Assembly (NCBI GenBank): GCA_030693205.1
Contig: JAUYBG010000019.1
Location: 14,496-78,495 of the forward strand
DNA: 64,000 nt
Reading direction: 5' to 3'
Origin: a bacterium
GTDB taxonomy: Bacteria; Patescibacteriota; Minisyncoccia; JAHIHE01
Below are positions 58,086 to 64,000 of the stretch, piece after piece. Position 1 is the stretch's first letter. Each line of letters begins with the position of its first letter. The notes beneath the pieces were generated by a model that saw nothing but the letters and a program-made list of their open reading frames with translations, searched no databases and was not told the DNA's origin. Position numbers and translations under genes: made by a program.

Positions 58086-59639
58086 TTATTTTTTCTCAAC
58101 TCCCGCTTTGATTCTTTCTAAAACTTTTTCTTTTCCCAGCACCTCCGCAATCTCAAAAGGACTGGGCGAAAATTTGGCGCCGCTCAAAGCGACTCGCAGC
58201 GGCCAAAGCGTATCCCCTACTCCCAGTTTTTCCATTAGCGGCTTAAGCGTGATTTCCAGATCAGTTTTATTGAATTTTTCTTCCGGCAAGTTTTCCAATA
58301 TTTTTTTAATTTCCGTCAGATTTTCTTTGGTTTTTTCCAGAGTTGATTTTTTCCATTTCAAAAGCGCGGCGTCATATTCGGGAATATCGACGAAAAAATA
58401 TTTTGTCGTTTCCGCAATGTCTGATAATTTTTTCATCCGTTCTTGCTCTAGCGCTATTACTTTTTTGATCCATTCAAAATTAGCTTTTTTCTCGGTATCT
58501 TTAATACAGCCGGAATTAATTAAATAAGGCAGGCATAATTCAGTTAGCTTTGCTATGTCCATTTTTCGGATATAGCTTCCATTCATCCAGTCCAATTTTT
58601 TCAGGTCAAAAATCGCGCCGGATTTGCCGACTTTATCCAATGTGAAATTTTCGATCATTTCCTCCAGTGTAAAAATTTCTTTTTCAGTTCCGGGATTCCA
58701 GCCAAGAAGCAGTATAAAGTTAATGACGGCTTCAGCGAGATATCCTTTCTCGATGTATTGGCTTACAGCTACATCTCCAGTGCGCTTGGAAAGCTTTTTT
58801 TTATCCTCGCCAAGAATATTGGGCAAATGGGCAAAAAAAGGAGATTGCCACCCAAAAGCCTCGTAAAGCATCACGTGAATAGGCGCGGTGGATAGCCATT
58901 CTTCACCGCGGATAATATGGCTTATTTCCATAAAATGATCGTCGATCACGCTTGCCAGGTGATATGTGGGAAAACCATCCGATTTCTGGAGAATATAATC
59001 ATCGATCAGGGAATTATTGAATTGCACCGCGCCGCGGATAAGATCATTTAATTGTGTATTACCGGTAACCGGTGTTTTAAAACGGATCACGTATCTCGCT
59101 CCTGACTTTAGTTTTTTTTCAACTTCGCCGGCCGATAAATTTCGGCACATTCGATCGTATCGGGTAGGTTGTTTTTTGGCATTTTGCTCGGCGCGCATTT
59201 TTTCCAGGCGTTCCGGAGCGCAGAAGCAATAATAAGCCTTGCCTTTCTTGATCAATTTTTGCGCGTATTTTTTATAAATATCCAGGCGCTGGGATTGCAC
59301 GTATGGGCCGAATTTTCCTTCGTCGCGCACATATGATTCGTTTGCGTCATAAAGCGGATATTCATCAGGTTCTATTCTTGCCCACTTTAGAGAATTAAAA
59401 ATATCCAGTATCGAGCCTTTGACAAAGCGGGTTTGGTCCGTATCCTCGATCCGCAATAAAAATTTTCCGCCAAAATGTTTCGCCAGCAAATAAGCATACA
59501 ATGCGGTTCGAATGCCGCCGATGTGAAGATAGCCCGTGGGACTGGGAGCAAAACGGGTGCGGATTTCGGCAAACATTGATTTGTTGGCTAAAATTTTAGA
59601 TTGTGTGGCAGTTTGCGCGTCAATTGTGTTTAAAGGCAT
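58086..59639 (-). CDS. gltX: glutamate--tRNA ligase
   Basis: RFAPSPTG, HIGG, LRIEDTD, KLSKR. Confidence 0.97.
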   Translation of the reverse strand: MPLNTIDAQTATQSKILANKSMFAEIRTRFAPSPTGYLHIGGIRTALYAYLLAKHFGGKFLLRIEDTDQTRFVKGSILDIFNSLKWARIEPDEYPLYDANESYVRDEGKFGPYVQSQRLDIYKKYAQKLIKKGKAYYCFCAPERLEKMRAEQNAKKQPTRYDRMCRNLSAGEVEKKLKSGARYVIRFKTPVTGNTQLNDLIRGAVQFNNSLIDDYILQKSDGFPTYHLASVIDDHFMEISHIIRGEEWLSTAPIHVMLYEAFGWQSPFFAHLPNILGEDKKKLSKRTGDVAVSQYIEKGYLAEAVINFILLLGWNPGTEKEIFTLEEMIENFTLDKVGKSGAIFDLKKLDWMNGSYIRKMDIAKLTELCLPYLINSGCIKDTEKKANFEWIKKVIALEQERMKKLSDIAETTKYFFVDIPEYDAALLKWKKSTLEKTKENLTEIKKILENLPEEKFNKTDLEITLKPLMEKLGVGDTLWPLRVALSGAKFSPSPFEIAEVLGKEKVLERIKAGVEKK

Positions 59640-59671
59640 GATATTTTAGTTATGAATTGCGAATCTTGTGT

Positions 59672-60517
59672 TTACATCTTATCCTTTTTGCTCTTATTAG
59701 TCAAAACCAGCCAGGTAAATTTTATTGTCGCGTTATAAATTCTTCCGATTCTTCTTGGCTCTTTGATTAGCCGCCAAAACCATTCCAGTCCGGCGTTTCG
59801 CATCCAGCGCGGCGCGCGCGTGATCTTTCCGTTGATCATATCAAACGCGCCGCCTACTCCGATCGCGAGCTTCACGGTCGGCAATTTTTTTAAATTTCGG
59901 GCGATCCATTTTTCTTGCAATGGCGCGCCATAAGCGATAAATAGAATATTTGGCTTAGATTGGTCAATGATCGAAACCGCTATCCTGTCCCCTTCTTCGC
60001 TTGCGTCTCCGCCAAAAAATCCGGCAATTTCTATATTAGGGAAATTCTTTTTGATCTTTTCGGCGGTTAATTTTGCGCCTTCCCCTCGCGCACCGAGGAA
60101 AAAAATGCGGATTTTTTGAGCCGGATTATCAAAATTTTTCGCGATGCGATAGATCAAGTCAATTCCCCGGATTCGCTCGCCTAATCTTTCCCTCGGGAAA
60201 ATTATCTTTGAAGCGAAGATCAAGCCAATTCCATCCGGTACGATTAAATCCGCGTTATTCACTATATTCTGGAACTCGCGATCTTTGTGGGCAAGAACGG
60301 CAATTTCCGGATTAGCCGTCACAATATAATGACTATTCGCGGAATTTAAAAAAGATCCGATGCGGTTTAAGGTCTCGGTGCCGGTGATATTATCGATTTT
60401 AATTCCCAAGATGTTGATTTTTCCGCTTCTGGCGCCGGTTTTTGCCGAGTTAGTTTTAAATGATGAGTTCTCTTGAGCAGGTATATTTATTTGTTCGTTT
60501 TTCATTATTTTTTTCAA
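59672..60517 (-). CDS. WecB/TagA/CpsF family glycosyltransferase
   Basis: TANPE, PDGIG, GAPLQEKW, GVGGAFD, LEWFWRL. Confidence 0.93.
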   Translation of the reverse strand: MKKIMKNEQINIPAQENSSFKTNSAKTGARSGKINILGIKIDNITGTETLNRIGSFLNSANSHYIVTANPEIAVLAHKDREFQNIVNNADLIVPDGIGLIFASKIIFPRERLGERIRGIDLIYRIAKNFDNPAQKIRIFFLGARGEGAKLTAEKIKKNFPNIEIAGFFGGDASEEGDRIAVSIIDQSKPNILFIAYGAPLQEKWIARNLKKLPTVKLAIGVGGAFDMINGKITRAPRWMRNAGLEWFWRLIKEPRRIGRIYNATIKFTWLVLTNKSKKDKM

Positions 60518-60622
60518 TATTTTATCATATAATTATACCATTTTGTCTTAAAAATAACAAAATTTACTTTTTTGTTCAAAAGTGGTAAAATACAATCAGT
60601 TCATAACATATAAACTAAGTCC

Positions 60623-61642
60623 ATGCCTAAAATTTGTAATCCGAAACTTTGGGAAAAATTAGGAAAAAATAAAACGCGATGCCTTATTTGTTCGCATTAT
60701 TGTCTGATCCATTCGGGCAAGCGCGGGATTTGCGGCGTACGGGAAAATAAAAAAGGCAAGCTTTATTCTTTGGTTTACGGCAAAGCGATCGCGGTTAATA
60801 TCGATCCGATCGAGAAAAAACCCTTCTTCCATTTTTTGCCGGGCACAAAAAGCCTTTCAGTCGCGACCGTAGGCTGTAATTTTCGATGCGACAATTGCCA
60901 GAATTGGTCAATTTCACAATCTCCCAAACTGGATAAAAAAGAAATCGCCGGAGAGGATTGGCCGCCGTCAAAAATTGTTAAAATGGCAATGGATAACAAA
61001 TGCTCCAGTATCTCTTATACATATACCGAACCGACAGTTTTTGCGGAATACGCTCTGGAAACGATGAAGCAGGCCAAAAATTATAAATTAAAAAATACTT
61101 GGGTTTCCAACGGGTATATGAGCGCCGAATGCATTGAACTGATAGCTCCGTATCTGGATGCCGCCAATATTGATTTGAAATCATACCAAGATAAATTTTA
61201 TCGGACCAATTGCGGCGGAACGCTTGCGCCGGTGCTGGAAGCGATAAAACTTTTGAAAAAGAAGAATATTTGGCTCGAAATCACCACGCTTATCATTCCC
61301 GGACTTACCGATGATATGCGGATGCTTCAAAAAATCGCCGGATTTATCCACGGCGAACTGGGCGTTGAAACTCCCTGGCACGTATTGCAGTTTATTCCAG
61401 CGTATAAATTGCCCCATTTGACCGCGACATCCCCGGAAACCATTAAAAAAATTTGTGAGATGGGACATAAAGCCGGTTTGAAATATGTTTACTCCGGTAA
61501 TCTTCCCGGCACTTATCTTGAGGACACTTATTGCCCCAAATGCCGGCAATTGATGATCGACCGGGAGCTGTATAGCGTGATGAGGTTTGATAAAAACGGC
61601 AAATGCGCCAATTGCGGAGAAAGCCTGAATTTGATTTTATAG
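60623..61642 (+). CDS. AmmeMemoRadiSam-type radical SAM enzyme
   Basis: DPIEKKPFFHF, CNFRCDNC, TYTEP. Confidence 0.88.
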   Translation: MPKICNPKLWEKLGKNKTRCLICSHYCLIHSGKRGICGVRENKKGKLYSLVYGKAIAVNIDPIEKKPFFHFLPGTKSLSVATVGCNFRCDNCQNWSISQSPKLDKKEIAGEDWPPSKIVKMAMDNKCSSISYTYTEPTVFAEYALETMKQAKNYKLKNTWVSNGYMSAECIELIAPYLDAANIDLKSYQDKFYRTNCGGTLAPVLEAIKLLKKKNIWLEITTLIIPGLTDDMRMLQKIAGFIHGELGVETPWHVLQFIPAYKLPHLTATSPETIKKICEMGHKAGLKYVYSGNLPGTYLEDTYCPKCRQLMIDRELYSVMRFDKNGKCANCGESLNLIL

Positions 61643-61648
61643 ATCATT

Positions 61649-62038
61649 ATGAAAATAGAACTAAATGAAAACGCCGATTGTCAGGGAAAAAAATTTGGCC
61701 ACAACTTTGAAAATGGCTATTGCTTGAAATGCGGCGTTTCGCAGCAACAATTAAGCCATCCGGTGAAAAAAATAGAAAAAACCAAATATAATCCGATCCA
61801 TAAACTGAATAAAAATTTGCATAGCGATATTCATTATGTCGCCGACGAGATCAGCTTGTATTTCGGAGAAAGAAAAAAATTCGGAATGTATCTGGGGATA
61901 ATCAAAAGGATCGGCACCGATAAAGCTTGGCAACTTTTTTCCGAAATAAAACAAAATGCGGAAGAAGCGAAAAAAGCGGGAAAAATATTAGAAAGTCCGG
62001 CGAAATTGTTTATTTGGAAAACAAAAAATAAGAAATAA
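61649..62038 (+). CDS. hypothetical protein with N-terminal Cys/His cluster
   Basis: C..GH.F.NGYCLKCG. Confidence 0.6.
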   Translation: MKIELNENADCQGKKFGHNFENGYCLKCGVSQQQLSHPVKKIEKTKYNPIHKLNKNLHSDIHYVADEISLYFGERKKFGMYLGIIKRIGTDKAWQLFSEIKQNAEEAKKAGKILESPAKLFIWKTKNKK

Positions 62039-62121
62039 AATAATTTCAATATTCTGCTTATTTAACAAAGCTCGCCAATTATTTTTTGGCGAGTTTTTAG
62101 TATGTGCTTTTAGCCTTAATT

Positions 62122-63219
62122 TTATCGCTCTCTTTTTCCGGAAATGAATTCTTCCAGAGCTGTTTGAGCTTCAAAATAAGGCATTTGAACTGGCGGATGC
62201 TTAAAGCCATATCCGCTCATGGAAAGTATTGCTCCGCCTGTGCCGCGATCCAGCGCGATTTTTGCCGCTCGAATGGCGTCAATGACAATGCCGGCTGAAT
62301 TGGGAGAATCCTCAACGCTTAATTTTACGTCTATGGAGAAAGGAATATTCCCGAACATTTTTCCATTGACGTTGACATACATGATCTTATTATCTTTTAA
62401 ATGCGGGATATAATCGCTTGGGCCGATTCGCAAGGGAATTTCGTATGGGATCATGGATGAAATAGCCGAAGTCTTGCTGATTCTTTTGCTTATCAAGCGG
62501 CTTTCTCCGGTGTGCATATTTAAAAAATCCGTATTTCCGCCGATGTTAAGCTGATAGGTGTTGTCGATGCCCATTCCCCTGTCGACCAAGAGTTTAATGA
62601 TAGTTTTGTGCAATACTGTCGCGCCCAACTGCGATTGGATATCGTCTCCGATACAGGGAATATTTTTTTCTTTAAATCTTTTTTCCCATCTTTCGTCGCT
62701 GACAATAAATTCCGGAATGCAATTTATAAACGCTACGCCCGCTTTCAGACACTCCTCGGCATAGAAATGAGTGGCTTCTTTGCTTCCTACCGGCAAATAG
62801 TTCAATAAAATTTCCGCGCCGGTTTCTTTCAGGATTTTGGCGACATCAGCCGGTTTTTCTTTTGAAATCGAAAGAAATCCGGCAAGATTTCCGTCAACGC
62901 TATCTTTGATTGTTCCCATATGCACTTTTACGTTTTGAGCCGGAATATCGCGAAAAAATATTTTCGTGCAGTTTGGTTCGGAAAAAACCGCATCGCTCAG
63001 ATCTTTGCCCACTTTGTGTTCGTCAATATCAAACGCCGCGACAAATTTTATATCTTTTACGGAATATTTGCCGAAAAAACTGTGTAAAAGGCCGGTAACT
63101 TTTTTGTCGCGCGGCGTATCGTGATAGTAATAGACCCCTTGAATTAAAGATGAGGCGCAGTTTCCTATCCCCACGATCGCCACTTTTATCCGGTTTTGTT
63201 TATTGTCAGTTTCACTCAT
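62122..63219 (-). CDS. ino1: myo-inositol-1-phosphate synthase
   Basis: GIGNCASS, NYLPVGS, GDD, QLNIGGNTDF, VEDSPNSAG. Confidence 0.93.
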   Translation of the reverse strand: MSETDNKQNRIKVAIVGIGNCASSLIQGVYYYHDTPRDKKVTGLLHSFFGKYSVKDIKFVAAFDIDEHKVGKDLSDAVFSEPNCTKIFFRDIPAQNVKVHMGTIKDSVDGNLAGFLSISKEKPADVAKILKETGAEILLNYLPVGSKEATHFYAEECLKAGVAFINCIPEFIVSDERWEKRFKEKNIPCIGDDIQSQLGATVLHKTIIKLLVDRGMGIDNTYQLNIGGNTDFLNMHTGESRLISKRISKTSAISSMIPYEIPLRIGPSDYIPHLKDNKIMYVNVNGKMFGNIPFSIDVKLSVEDSPNSAGIVIDAIRAAKIALDRGTGGAILSMSGYGFKHPPVQMPYFEAQTALEEFISGKRER

Positions 63220-63291
63220 AAGTTTATTTTTCCGCCTTTTTTATTTTAAAGGTTGATTAATTTTATATATAAGCATTGATAGCCGGTATAT

Positions 63292-63966
63292 TTAGGAAAT
63301 ATTGATGTAATCCCGCCAGATCTCATATAGTTTTTTGGTAGCGACGACATCGCCCAGGCAGTAACGGGCGATGCGCTGATACTCTCCTTTTTTGTAAAGC
63401 GCGTTAACTTCCGCTCCGTTCACTCCTTCCGCTTTGGGGCTTTTGATGCCAAAAGATTTTGCGTAAAAATCAAGAGAAAAAGATCTTTTGGTCGCGCCGT
63501 AAAAAGTCAGCTGATCCATAAGGTCAACGTGCGCGTAAGAGCTGAAGCGAGGCGGCATTAAGTTTTTGGTCGGAACGATCTTGTTTATCGCCGAGCGGAT
63601 AAGCAAAAACGGCGCGTCAAAACCGCGTCCGTTAAAAGTAATGAACTGATCATACATTTCCGCCGCTTTCCAAAATAAATTGATGATCTCCGCCTCAGTG
63701 CCGGAATGGTATTCGACCCCCTCTTCAGTAAACGCCTTTTCTTTTTTTTCACCCGCTTGATAATAGACCGCGCCCTTGTCGGTATCGGGGTTCAATACGG
63801 CAATTGCCACAATTTGCGCGGTAAGCGGCCAAAGCCCAAGCTTGGATTTTATATCTTCTTTTTCCTCGTTTGTTTCGGAATATTTAAGCAAATATTCCCG
63901 GGAATCTTTATCCAGTTTTTCAAAATCCATGCCTACGGTTTCAATATCAAAAACAAGCTTATTCAT
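63292..63966 (-). CDS. PolB-type 3'-5' exonuclease-like (RNase H fold) protein
   Basis: FDIET, TFNGRGFD, YCLGDV (DEDDy). Confidence 0.85.
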   Translation of the reverse strand: MNKLVFDIETVGMDFEKLDKDSREYLLKYSETNEEKEDIKSKLGLWPLTAQIVAIAVLNPDTDKGAVYYQAGEKKEKAFTEEGVEYHSGTEAEIINLFWKAAEMYDQFITFNGRGFDAPFLLIRSAINKIVPTKNLMPPRFSSYAHVDLMDQLTFYGATKRSFSLDFYAKSFGIKSPKAEGVNGAEVNALYKKGEYQRIARYCLGDVVATKKLYEIWRDYINIS

Positions 63967-64000
63967 ATAGTTTAAGCTAAAAGCGAATTAACTTCGTATC

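Overview
AT-rich 64 kb chromosomal window whose gene repertoire and intergenic style suggest a Patescibacteria (CPR/Parcubacteria-like) genome; this is an inference, as there is no rRNA in the window. The backbone is housekeeping: rmuC, uvrA, uvrC, dnaX, trxA/trxB, gdhA, iscS, prfB, ftsEX, mgtA, mutM, thiI, gltX, ino1 and four tRNAs (Gln-TTG, Gly-CCC, Thr-CGT, Gln-CTG). It is interrupted by accessory blocks. (1) 23.9-27.5 kb: two archaeal-style surface protein genes, a GH16 + PGF-pre-PGF/PGF-CTERM protein and an SGC lipoprotein, under bacterial sigma70 promoters. (2) 27.6-35.6 kb: a defence island with Fic, a LexA-DNA methyltransferase fusion, an ART-like ORF, a type II REase-like gene, AIPR, NERD, and a wHTH-Cas2/PaaX-like gene surrounded by three 34-bp palindromes and bracketed by perfect 60-bp direct repeats. 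(3) 43.2-47 kb: a tRNA-Gln-linked island with a LAGLIDADG gene, then a trypsin-like protease, a Zn-ribbon protein and a 2-TM protein fused to a roughly 62% identical copy of this genome's own DnaX C-terminal domain, followed by an HhH glycosylase-like gene. The best candidates for an undescribed system are the protease/Zn-ribbon/2TM-DnaX operon, a possible decoy-type defence module, and the palindrome-flanked Cas2/PaaX-like cassette. Many small palindromic elements are scattered through the window; some are inserted in-frame in uvrA/uvrC and two supply start codons. All family calls come from motif recognition by eye, not database searches.
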